Source of the DNA: a virus
Lineage: Duplodnaviria > Caudoviricetes
Virus record (IMG/VR): IMGVR_UViG_3300034357_000936
Location: 1-57,761 of that record
Direction: 5' to 3' (one strand)
DNA length: 57,761 nucleotides
Of this stretch, positions 16,022 to 23,683 are shown piece after piece (position 1 is the first letter of the stretch; every line of letters starts with the position of its first letter). The translations under genes were made by a program, and so were the position numbers. Under the pieces are notes generated by a model. The model worked only from the letters and a program-made list of their open reading frames with translations, ran no database searches and was not told the DNA's origin.

Positions 16022-16188
16022 TAGTTTGGTTTTACAAAATAAGCTTGATTCATAAACGTGGACAGCTCCATGTTCCGCCCGTCCTTTTCGTAGCCGTAAT
16101 AAAGCCAACCGTGAAAGGTTGTCATCCACACAAGTCTCCACCCCTTCTCTTTAAGAAGTTCGCTTTTTTGTTCAAAGGTCTTTCTCAT
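16021..16188 (-). CDS. Hypothetical protein
   Basis: MRKTFEQKSELLKEKGW... Confidence 0.55.
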   Translation of the reverse strand: MRKTFEQKSELLKEKGWRLVWMTTFHGWLYYGYEKDGRNMELSTFMNQAYFVKPN

Positions 16189-16303
16189 TTTTTCGGCAGT
16201 GCGATTTGTTTTGTTGTTTCTTTTTGTCTGGAACGCACTTCGTTCCCATGTTGAGAACGAAAGCGGCTCCACGTTTAACCTTGTAGGGTGGAATGCTTTT
16301 CAT
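16172..16303 (-). CDS. 43-aa basic protein (leaderless)
   Basis: TTGAAC-17-TATTAT-5-ATG on the minus strand; MKSIPPYKVKRG... Confidence 0.6.
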   Translation of the reverse strand: MKSIPPYKVKRGAAFVLNMGTKCVPDKKKQQNKSHCRKNEKDL

Positions 16304-16350
16304 GCACTATAATACAATGAAAAGCCAAAAAGTTCAATCCTTTTCTTCGA

Positions 16351-16620
16351 TTAGATCGTGATTTTAATAAACACGTTTTTGTCGAAAGAATAGGAGGCAG
16401 GATAAGTATAACCAGAGGAATCAAGAGTTCGACCTCCCATCGTCATGCTGGAAACGCTATCGACGCGCACCACATGAACATAATTTGACCATTCCTTTTT
16501 GGCAACAACCAGAACCAAGTCTCCCTCCTTGATGTCGTAGCTGTTAAGATCCCTTTGAAGATCTTTGAGTTCTTTTTCCAAAAAGGCGATTTGACGTTCG
16601 ATTTCTTCTTTAGTTTGCAT
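16351..16620 (-). CDS. Hypothetical protein (leaderless)
   Basis: TTGCGC-16-TATATT-6-ATG on the minus strand. Confidence 0.7.
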   Translation of the reverse strand: MQTKEEIERQIAFLEKELKDLQRDLNSYDIKEGDLVLVVAKKEWSNYVHVVRVDSVSSMTMGGRTLDSSGYTYPASYSFDKNVFIKITI

Positions 16621-16683
16621 GAGGGTAATATACCACCTTTCCGCAAAAGCGCAAGAGAAAAGATAAAGGAAAAAGGCGATTCT

Positions 16684-16815
16684 CTGTAAGTCGTTGATAA
16701 CCAACAAGTTACGAGCCTCGCCCCCCGCCCCGCCTCATAACTCCTTCACACTCAACGACTTACGACAACAGAAAAATCATGCAGTCATAACTACCTGATA
16801 CTCAACGAGTTACGG
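16684..16815. repeat. Element 16: three palindromes
   Basis: Palindromes at 16684, 16735 and 16785 (51 and 50 bp apart). Confidence 0.9.
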
Positions 16816-16886
16816 TTTTGTGGGGTTTGGGGGTATATGTTATTTGGCTTATTTAGGGTAAACCTAGGCGTTTTTATTTGTCTCTT

Positions 16887-17165
16887 TTATAATGAAATTT
16901 CTCTTTTCACTCTATCGTATTTGGCGAGAACGCCAAGATTCCTGTCGCCATTGTATTTGACTATTTGAAAGTAACTATAGTAAAAATCGAGGGCATCGAA
17001 TCCTTTCCACTTTCCTTTGGTTTGATCGACGTTAAGGTCTATGCCCTGTTCGATATTATCAAACGTCTTAATGAATTTGTCGGCTTTCATGACGTTATCA
17101 AATACTCCAAGAACATCTTCACGATAACTCACATTATTAAAACCAAAAACAAGGTAGGCAACCAT
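16887..17165 (-). CDS. Hypothetical protein
   Basis: ORF in operon. Confidence 0.65.
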   Translation of the reverse strand: MVAYLVFGFNNVSYREDVLGVFDNVMKADKFIKTFDNIEQGIDLNVDQTKGKWKGFDALDFYYSYFQIVKYNGDRNLGVLAKYDRVKREISL

Positions 17166-17166
17166 A

Positions 17167-17712
17167 TTATTTATTTGAGTAAGTCTTCCAAATGTGAAGG
17201 TCTCTTTCTGCCAAGGTCATATTTGGGAACTCCTGCGCAGACAGGGAAAGAAAGAGGAGACCAAGTTCTTTATACTTATTTAGATCTTGTGGGGTTGACT
17301 TAGGGGCAGCATATCCTTTGACTCTAATGTATTTGAGAATGTGGGTATCAAGGACGGCAATGCTTTCGTTCTCTCTGGAGTGGGTAAGAAAGAAGGCAGC
17401 AGTCTTTGGACCAATCCCTTTTATTTGCATCAACTCAGTGAACCCAACCTTTCTTAAATCAATGCTTTTAGATTCATGAATTGCATTAGAGATTCTTTCG
17501 TATTGCCCAACGTTACAAAGCATCAACATGTTCTTTATTAAAGGCTTATCAAGTTGAAACATAACGTCGATACTAAAAACCTTATTTAGTTCCTCGACTT
17601 TATTTGCCGCCCAACTGCTCTTCTTCCCTGCTACAAGGATGCAGAACAACCAAAACTCAAGAAGTTCTTTATCGGACCTGTCGTATTTGGTGATGTTATT
17701 TGGATCGATCAT
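17167..17712 (-). CDS. HhH-GPD / 8-oxoG-type DNA glycosylase-like protein
   Basis: IKGIGPKTAAFFL helix-hairpin-helix, AVLDTHIL, DLHIW. Confidence 0.8.
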   Translation of the reverse strand: MIDPNNITKYDRSDKELLEFWLFCILVAGKKSSWAANKVEELNKVFSIDVMFQLDKPLIKNMLMLCNVGQYERISNAIHESKSIDLRKVGFTELMQIKGIGPKTAAFFLTHSRENESIAVLDTHILKYIRVKGYAAPKSTPQDLNKYKELGLLFLSLSAQEFPNMTLAERDLHIWKTYSNK

Positions 17713-17726
17713 AATTGTATAGGGGA

Positions 17727-18686
17727 TTACGCTTGTGAAGCAGTGAGGCGCATGAAGTCCCTACCTCGTTGACTAATGACCCGTTTGCCGTCAATGTCCA
17801 TCAGACCAGAGGCAAGAAGGTGCTTCTCATACTTTTGTTGAATGACGCTTCTAGAATAACCAGTAGAAGCAGACAAGGCTTGAAGAGAAAGAGGACCACT
17901 GGAGTAATACATTGTTTTCAAAACCCGAATCTCCGCAGGGGAAAGGCCAAAGTCATGAACTCCCATATCCTTCTTGAACTTCTCCCAAAGGTCTGGGGTA
18001 AGGAAGGTCTTACCGTTGGCGGAAAGGAAATCCTTCAGTTCTTCTGCCTTTGCAACAGCATCACGGGGATGACCTCGAAAGGTTTTAGAAACAGCATCTT
18101 TCATTGCATCAACAACAGCAATTGCCTTGGGCAGATTGTTCTTGAAGATATCAAACAATTCATCTTTGTTATACTTGGAAAGGGAGATCTCCGTAAGACG
18201 GTCGAGAAGAGGTTCGGGCAACTTCTGGGGATCGGTCGTTGCGAGGATGATTCCCATTTCAGTGAAGTCAAAGAGCAATTCCATTTCTCCCATCTCGCGA
18301 TCATTATAAGTAACGCGGCGAATGGGGTTGGGATCACGCTCAAGAATGGTAAGAAGATAAGTGAGAATCTGTCTACCAGCACCAGTTTCGGCAAGTTCAT
18401 GAACCTCATCAATAAAGAGAATAGCCTTTTCATTTCTCCAAACAGGATAAACCTGACCAGCAAAGATGTTCATGCTCTTAATGCTTGCGGCATTAATTTC
18501 GATGATCGGAGGAGTCGTGCCGTCTGGACGCTTAAGCGACCTACGGAATTCGCGAACCAGTTTCGTCTTGCCACCTCCACGCTCTCCTTCAAAGATAAGA
18601 AAGGGAAGTCTACCAGAGGTAGAATACGACTGAGAGAAAACGGCAAGTTTTGCTTTAGCTTGATGTTGACCAATGATTTGTTGCAT
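17727..18686 (-). CDS. ruvB: RuvB-like Holliday junction branch-migration AAA+ ATPase
   Basis: IIGQ, GERGGGKT, LFIDEVH, ATT...PLLDRL, RGHPR, C-terminal winged-helix pattern; leaderless promoter TTGACA-16-TATATT-6-ATG. Confidence 0.82.
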   Translation of the reverse strand: MQQIIGQHQAKAKLAVFSQSYSTSGRLPFLIFEGERGGGKTKLVREFRRSLKRPDGTTPPIIEINAASIKSMNIFAGQVYPVWRNEKAILFIDEVHELAETGAGRQILTYLLTILERDPNPIRRVTYNDREMGEMELLFDFTEMGIILATTDPQKLPEPLLDRLTEISLSKYNKDELFDIFKNNLPKAIAVVDAMKDAVSKTFRGHPRDAVAKAEELKDFLSANGKTFLTPDLWEKFKKDMGVHDFGLSPAEIRVLKTMYYSSGPLSLQALSASTGYSRSVIQQKYEKHLLASGLMDIDGKRVISQRGRDFMRLTASQA

Positions 18687-19007
18687 GGCGGCAATATAAT
18701 CGATCTTCTGCTTTTGTCAAGAGGTTCGGTAAAATATTCTCGTTCACCTTTTTCTTTTGACGTTTTCTTATATCTCGTCTTTTCTGGCGAGATGAGGCGA
18801 GTTTTAGGGGTTTATCCGTCAGTTATGACGAGTTGCTACCCAGAGTTATACTACATCCCAAGAAAAGGTTGCAGAAATTAAAGTAATAGCTACCATGCCC
18901 AAACTAAAACACACAACAAAAAACAAAAATAAAACAAAAGCTAAAAGCACATCGACTATATCATTATCATTCATATCTTATTTGGCGAAAGTCTGTTAAT
19001 CTTTGAC

Positions 19008-19463
19008 TCAATTAGAACGTCTTACCCCAAGGATCTTTCCCTTGTAATAATCTAATTCGATCTTTTTGATGGGGGAACTTCTGGTAGAACGATGAACACA
19101 CATTCCATCACCAACATAAATCAAGATGTGTCCACTATTTCCAGACCTAGAACCTCGCCAACATACGATAACATCTCCTTTTTTAATTGCAGATAAACTT
19201 ACAGGCTTGCCCCAATCGAGCCAATTCCTCGCAAGGTTTGGATTTGATGGAGTATTTCCTCCTGCTTCTTCTACAACGTCAGCTACAAAAGCCGCACACA
19301 TTAAAGAAGATCCTCTTCGGAATGATCCCCCAATTCGGGATTCTGCTTCTTTAGAGATACTTGTATTTAAAAAAGAACCATCCTTCTTTAAGAAACTGGA
19401 AAAGAAAGGTGCTGCATGTAGTGGATTAATAAAAAGAAAAAGGAGAATAAGAATCAATCGCAT
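19008..19463 (-). CDS. Secreted NlpC/P60 (TIGR02594-like) peptidoglycan peptidase
   Basis: Signal peptide; CAAFV, ARNWLDWG, GDVIV, SGHI. Confidence 0.8.
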   Translation of the reverse strand: MRLILILLFLFINPLHAAPFFSSFLKKDGSFLNTSISKEAESRIGGSFRRGSSLMCAAFVADVVEEAGGNTPSNPNLARNWLDWGKPVSLSAIKKGDVIVCWRGSRSGNSGHILIYVGDGMCVHRSTRSSPIKKIELDYYKGKILGVRRSN

Positions 19464-19532
19464 ATTATTTAGGATTTTTGTGGACGAAATTGGAAGGCAG
19501 ATTGTCGATTTGAAGTGTAAGTATTATTTGAA

Positions 19533-20180
19533 ATGAAAAATAAAAAGTGGTCCGAGTCAGAGATTGACCTTATAAAAGAATTAGCTTCTAAGGGGGTTGG
19601 GTATTCTAAAATGGAAGATCAAATAGGAAGAACAGGTAAAGCTATTTCTGAAAGAATGCAAAAACTTGGATATGTATTTGGGGACTTTTATAAGAAAGAA
19701 GAAAAGGAATGTTTAAATTGTGGAAAGATTCTTGGCCGTAACCAATATAAATATTGCTCAAGCTCTTGTTCAGCTAAATGCACAAACCCTAAAAGGGCAA
19801 AGAAAAAAACATGCAAAACTTGTGGCGAGGATTTTAGCGGCAGGGGTAAGATGAATAGTATTTATTGTTCTAGAGAATGTTTCTGGGAAGAAAGGAAAAG
19901 GCTCCAAAAAGAAAAGGTTCTAAATAATGATGTATCTATTGGCCAACCTTCTTATAAGAAATATTTGATAAATTTATATGGGGCAAAATGCATGGAGTGT
20001 GGGTGGGAAAAGATACATCCAATTACTTTAAAAGTTCCTGTTGAATTACATCACATTGACGGGGATAGCAAAAATAACAAATTAGATAATTTAATTCTTT
20101 TGTGTCCATCTTGTCATAGTTTAACTCCATCATTTAGAGGTTTAAATAGGGGAAATGGTCGTAAGAATAGAAAAGGGTAA
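19533..20180 (+). CDS. HNH endonuclease (homing-type) with Zn-finger repeats
   Basis: YCSxxC repeats; ELHHIDGDSKNNKLDNLILLCPSCH; opposite strand to neighbours and abutting a tRNA. Confidence 0.88.
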   Translation: MKNKKWSESEIDLIKELASKGVGYSKMEDQIGRTGKAISERMQKLGYVFGDFYKKEEKECLNCGKILGRNQYKYCSSSCSAKCTNPKRAKKKTCKTCGEDFSGRGKMNSIYCSRECFWEERKRLQKEKVLNNDVSIGQPSYKKYLINLYGAKCMECGWEKIHPITLKVPVELHHIDGDSKNNKLDNLILLCPSCHSLTPSFRGLNRGNGRKNRKG

Positions 20181-20251
20181 AGCTCCTTCCGTGAGTTGCA
20201 CACGGGACTAACCATTACAAGTGGTTTGTTTTACTGCTAAACTAAAGGAGC
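20181..20251 (-). tRNA. tRNA-Thr(TGT), atypical T-loop
   Basis: GCTCCTT/AAGGAGC acceptor, AACCA-CTTGTAA-TGGTT, T-loop TGCAACT. Confidence 0.78.
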
Positions 20252-20258
20252 ATTAACA

Positions 20259-20414
20259 TTACTTTATGTATTTAAGAAGACTGTCGAGATCTTGCAAGAG
20301 AGTATTGTTTATTTTATTTGCCTGTTTTCTATTAGAAATTGACTGACAACCAGACAATGCAGCAATATAAAGGACAGTTGAGATTCCTACAATAAGAAAG
20401 AGTTTGTTTTTCAT
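20259..20414 (-). CDS. Small putative lipoprotein
   Basis: MKNKLFLIVGISTVLYIAALSGC lipobox. Confidence 0.5.
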   Translation of the reverse strand: MKNKLFLIVGISTVLYIAALSGCQSISNRKQANKINNTLLQDLDSLLKYIK

Positions 20415-20447
20415 ATATTATTTGGCAAAATATTGGGCGAAATTGAA

Positions 20448-20521
20448 TCGGAATGACAGGATTTGAACCTGCAACTTCTTGCTCCCAAAGCAAGCGCACT
20501 ACCAGATTGTGCTACATTCCG
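20448..20521 (-). tRNA. tRNA-Pro(TGG)
   Basis: CGGAATG/CATTCCG acceptor, CTTGC-TTTGGGA-GCAAG. Confidence 0.93.
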
Positions 20522-20528
20522 TTATTTG

Positions 20529-20687
20529 TTATTCATAATTTATTAATTCGGGGTTTTGTTCCAAAACTCTCGATACAAGATATACGCATTCTTGTGCGGT
20601 AAAATGTGTTTTCCAATCGCATTCATCAAGAATTTTATCTATTTCTTGAACGTAGAGTCTGTGTAGTTCTTCTTTATTGATTTTCAT
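20529..20687 (-). CDS. 52-aa hypothetical protein
   Basis: MKINKEELHRLYVQEIDKILDECDWKTHF... Confidence 0.55.
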   Translation of the reverse strand: MKINKEELHRLYVQEIDKILDECDWKTHFTAQECVYLVSRVLEQNPELINYE

Positions 20688-20710
20688 GTCCACACCCGTT
20701 ATTTGTTATT

Positions 20711-20812
20711 TATTTGGGCGAACCTAGACGATCTTGGCTCTTTTTATTTGGAGAAACCTAGACGATCTTGACTTCTTTTATTTGGCGAAAATCGGACGAT
20801 CTTGGCTCTTTT
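20711..20812. repeat. 3 x 34-bp imperfect tandem repeat
   Basis: TATTTGG.GAAA..(A/G)GACGATCTTG.CT.TTT at 20711, 20745, 20779. Confidence 0.85.
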
Positions 20813-20814
20813 TT

Positions 20815-20843
20815 ATTATAGCACATTATTTGGCGAATGTCAA
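20815..20843 (-). promoter_or_regulatory. Consensus sigma70 promoter reading into the 34-bp repeats and tRNAs
   Basis: TTGACA-17-TATAAT on the minus strand; spacer contains TTCGCCAAATAA. Confidence 0.8.
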
Positions 20844-20914
20844 GACATTTTTAGAGATATTCTGCAAACTCAATATAAAGCCAAAAAAGAAAACCCATAA
20901 TAATATATTTGTCT

Positions 20915-21409
20915 TCAAGCATACAATCTTTGTTCTACGTTAATACCACTCTTTAAAAGAAAGGAAAGCCCATCATCTGATCTATATCTGTCAATAAAGT
21001 AAAAGTTCTTGATGTCGCTCATTACAATACCCTTGGCACATTCCATACAAGGGGTATGAGTGCAGAACATACTGGCATTATTTCCCGATTCATGAGACGA
21101 AGCGAGCTTATGAAGTGCATTCATTTCGGCATGAACGACTTCTGGTTTTGTTTTAAGGCGGGTATATTGCTTTGTTTTTTCATTAAATGTCCAATCCTTT
21201 TCTTCAAAGTAAATCTCTCTTTCGTCGTATGCTACTAGGAGTTCTTCGCATTCATTATCCCAACCGGGGGGTGTTCCATTAAATCCAATAGAGATGATTC
21301 TATTATCCTTAACTATAATGGCCCCAACCTTCAATCTATTTGCATAAGAAAGGTTTGAAATTTCTTGGGCAATATTATAATATACCTTCTTATATCTTTC
21401 TTTAATCAT
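20915..21409 (-). CDS. dCMP deaminase
   Basis: KVGAIIV, GFNGTP, HAEMNAL, PCMECAK. Confidence 0.93.
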   Translation of the reverse strand: MIKERYKKVYYNIAQEISNLSYANRLKVGAIIVKDNRIISIGFNGTPPGWDNECEELLVAYDEREIYFEEKDWTFNEKTKQYTRLKTKPEVVHAEMNALHKLASSHESGNNASMFCTHTPCMECAKGIVMSDIKNFYFIDRYRSDDGLSFLLKSGINVEQRLYA

Positions 21410-21410
21410 A

Positions 21411-22094
21411 TTAAAACAATAGATCAACTTCATCAATCTCCAAACAACGAAACTCGATTCCGTTAACGTTCTTTATTTGTCTAGTATGGTAATGACCATG
21501 CCAAGCTTTTTGAATGTTATTATTAGAGATGAGTTTAAAGGCTTCGGCAAGTTGTTCACCTTCTTCTTTTAATTCCTTAACTAAGGTAGTATCCCATTCG
21601 GAAAAATAGTCTACGATATCTCCTTTGTGCGATACAATAGGCACAACGTAGTTGGGACAACCATGTGAAATAACATAATCAATGCCTTGAAGAGAAGAAA
21701 GATAATCCCTTTCAAGAATAAACTTCTCATCCCTCCACCAAGATCTTCCTTCAATTCTCCTATACCTATCTACAGAGATAGCACCACCCAAAAACAGAAT
21801 ACCTTTATTATTTATTTGTCTGAATGAAGTTGGCGGCAAGAGTTCTAATGATCCAGAATACTTTTTATTTTCTTTAAAGTAAATTGGTTCGTCATGATTG
21901 CCTTGAACGACAAAACATCTACATCCAGCTTCGGAAAACTTATTTGCTAATGATTCTATCCTTTTTTCATGGACAAAACCCACGCCAAAGTCACCTACTT
22001 GAATTAAAACGTCACCTGTGTTGGCGAAATCTTGCAACCATCGCTCGATGGCTGCGAAATTTCCATGAATATCACCCATTACATAAACACTCAT
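21411..22094 (-). CDS. Calcineurin-like metallophosphoesterase
   Basis: GDIHG, GDFG, GNHD, SHG, HGHYH. Confidence 0.92.
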   Translation of the reverse strand: MSVYVMGDIHGNFAAIERWLQDFANTGDVLIQVGDFGVGFVHEKRIESLANKFSEAGCRCFVVQGNHDEPIYFKENKKYSGSLELLPPTSFRQINNKGILFLGGAISVDRYRRIEGRSWWRDEKFILERDYLSSLQGIDYVISHGCPNYVVPIVSHKGDIVDYFSEWDTTLVKELKEEGEQLAEAFKLISNNNIQKAWHGHYHTRQIKNVNGIEFRCLEIDEVDLLF

Positions 22095-22331
22095 ATAAAA
22101 CAATGTAGCGTAATTCGATAAAAAGTCAACTAATTTGATTAAAAAAGATAAAATAGAGACAAAATGGCACAAAACGACACAAAATAGAGACAAAATGGCA
22201 CACTTTTTATGGTATTTATATTTAGTGTGTTGGAGATATCACCTAACAAACCAATCCATCCTCCCAATCTTCCCATACTCTATCATATTCTTATATCTTA
22301 TCCTATATACTCTATACTATCTTCTCTCTTA

Positions 22332-22634
22332 TCAGTATACTCTTTCTTCTATCATTCTATTACAATAGAAACAATAATCATCTATTGTTCCTAAACAATT
22401 TTCGCATACCGAATCGGCTGGAACCCTTGATATATAAGGGTTTGCAGGTTTTTCTTCGTTAATAAAATCTTTCTCATTACGAGGAAAAGGACTTTCTTCA
22501 GATAGAATTTTCTCCATCAAATTTTTGGTATATTCACTTCCAAAAACACTCTTCATTTCATAAAGCTTAACGATAAAACGCCACTTAATTAAATCCCTAT
22601 CTACTGATCCTAATAAGTTGCTTAATTCACTCAT
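22332..22634 (-). CDS. Hypothetical protein
   Basis: ORF with C-terminal CxxC...CxxC. Confidence 0.55.
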   Translation of the reverse strand: MSELSNLLGSVDRDLIKWRFIVKLYEMKSVFGSEYTKNLMEKILSEESPFPRNEKDFINEEKPANPYISRVPADSVCENCLGTIDDYCFYCNRMIEERVY

Positions 22635-22695
22635 AATTATTTCTTAATTTGTAATTTAAAGAAGAAAGGTATTTGATAATTATAGCCCCAAAATC

Positions 22696-22923
22696 TTAAG
22701 ATTCTCTTAAAATTTCATCAATAGTCTTCTCATCTTCTCCAAAAGGGATATAATTCAAAGTCCACCCTGTTGATTCATCGAAGTTATCTGTCGTTGCTTC
22801 TGTTGCTTTATATTTCCACAAGGAACCAGTTCCCTCGCTAAGAGCAATATCAATAGCTCTTTCTTCCGATTCTGCCATTACATATACGATGTCTTCGACT
22901 TCTACTTTATATAGTTTTCTCAT
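22696..22923 (-). CDS. Hypothetical protein
   Basis: ORF; VMAESEERAI motif. Confidence 0.65.
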   Translation of the reverse strand: MRKLYKVEVEDIVYVMAESEERAIDIALSEGTGSLWKYKATEATTDNFDESTGWTLNYIPFGEDEKTIDEILRES

Positions 22924-22953
22924 AATTTTAGCGTTTCTTTTATTTACTTAACA

Positions 22954-23544
22954 TTAAACGTTTTGAAGGACAAACTCTGACCCTTTAATAGACTTGCCCC
23001 AAACCTTGATTGTTCCATTGGTTTTGATAACATAGTCAACCTTAGAGGGGAACCTCTTGAATTCTGCTGCAACTTCACCAGAACGATGCACAAGTCTATA
23101 GGTTTTGAATGATTGTCTTTTATTCTTAGTCTCTTCTTTAAAAACGAAAGTTGGGCTATTGTCTTCGGCCTTTTGGATTTGGTAGAACCTCTTAATTCTA
23201 AGACAACGACCTTCGCTCCAATCGTGAATTTTCCCGTCTCTTACTCCAGCAAAATGACCAGTGGCAAAAATAAGAAAGGAACCTTTTGGCGGCAAATTCC
23301 TTCCTAATGATCTCATTCCACCATGTGGACATTTTACTTCAACAACTTTAAAACCAAGGTGCTTTAAGGCAGAGAACATAGAAGAAACAAAAGTTCCTTT
23401 CCCCTTCTTCCTTCCAAAAAGAGAAAGTGTTTTATGGCATTCAACATAATTAAATCCAGTAATAACCGAAAGGGCTTTAACCCCACAATCATTCTTTTCT
23501 CCTAATTTGGAAGATTCGCCAACGAGTTCTTGGTAGATGTTCAT
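22954..23544 (-). CDS. Phage protein with Cys/His (papain-like?) signature
   Basis: NDCGVKAL...GHFAGVRDGKIHDW; leaderless promoter TTGACT-16-TAAATT-5-ATG. Confidence 0.7.
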   Translation of the reverse strand: MNIYQELVGESSKLGEKNDCGVKALSVITGFNYVECHKTLSLFGRKKGKGTFVSSMFSALKHLGFKVVEVKCPHGGMRSLGRNLPPKGSFLIFATGHFAGVRDGKIHDWSEGRCLRIKRFYQIQKAEDNSPTFVFKEETKNKRQSFKTYRLVHRSGEVAAEFKRFPSKVDYVIKTNGTIKVWGKSIKGSEFVLQNV

Positions 23545-23683
23545 GGCCTAATTTAGCACAAAACGTCCAATAGTCAAGAGATTACGTTCATCTTGTGAAG
23601 GAAAAGAATAAAAGTATAAGACAAAATGCCCCAATAAAAAATAGTAAAATATTCATTGTGTTATTTCCTTTATGTTATAAAAG

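Larger units (their letters stand above)
1727..16815. other. Array of independently promoted mini-gene cassettes punctuated by 16 double-palindrome elements (putative early/host-takeover island)
   Basis: Repeated architecture: element - upstream motif - A-tract - TTGnnn/TAnnnT promoter - ATG - short ORF(s); + strand to 15490, - strand from 16654 to 15597. Confidence 0.85.

Noticed and set aside
1765-16707. Many 60-140-aa track ORFs antisense to or spanning the elements (e.g. 1765-2133, 3968-4276, 8021-8362)
   Set aside because: They cross promoters or repeats and conflict with promoter-anchored ORFs on the other strand.
3048-16815. CRISPR array interpretation of the repeats
   Set aside because: Intervals are ~260-1500 bp and contain promoters and genes; copies are degenerate; no cas genes in the window.
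3048-16815. Classical integron (attC) or simple terminators
   Set aside because: No intI, no GTTRRRY/RYYYAAC ends recognised, and cassettes have their own promoters. Elements lack U-tracts, and separate true terminators sit just upstream of elements 1, 2 and 14.
17769-18881. 370-aa plus-strand ORF
   Set aside because: Antisense shadow of the ruvB-like gene.
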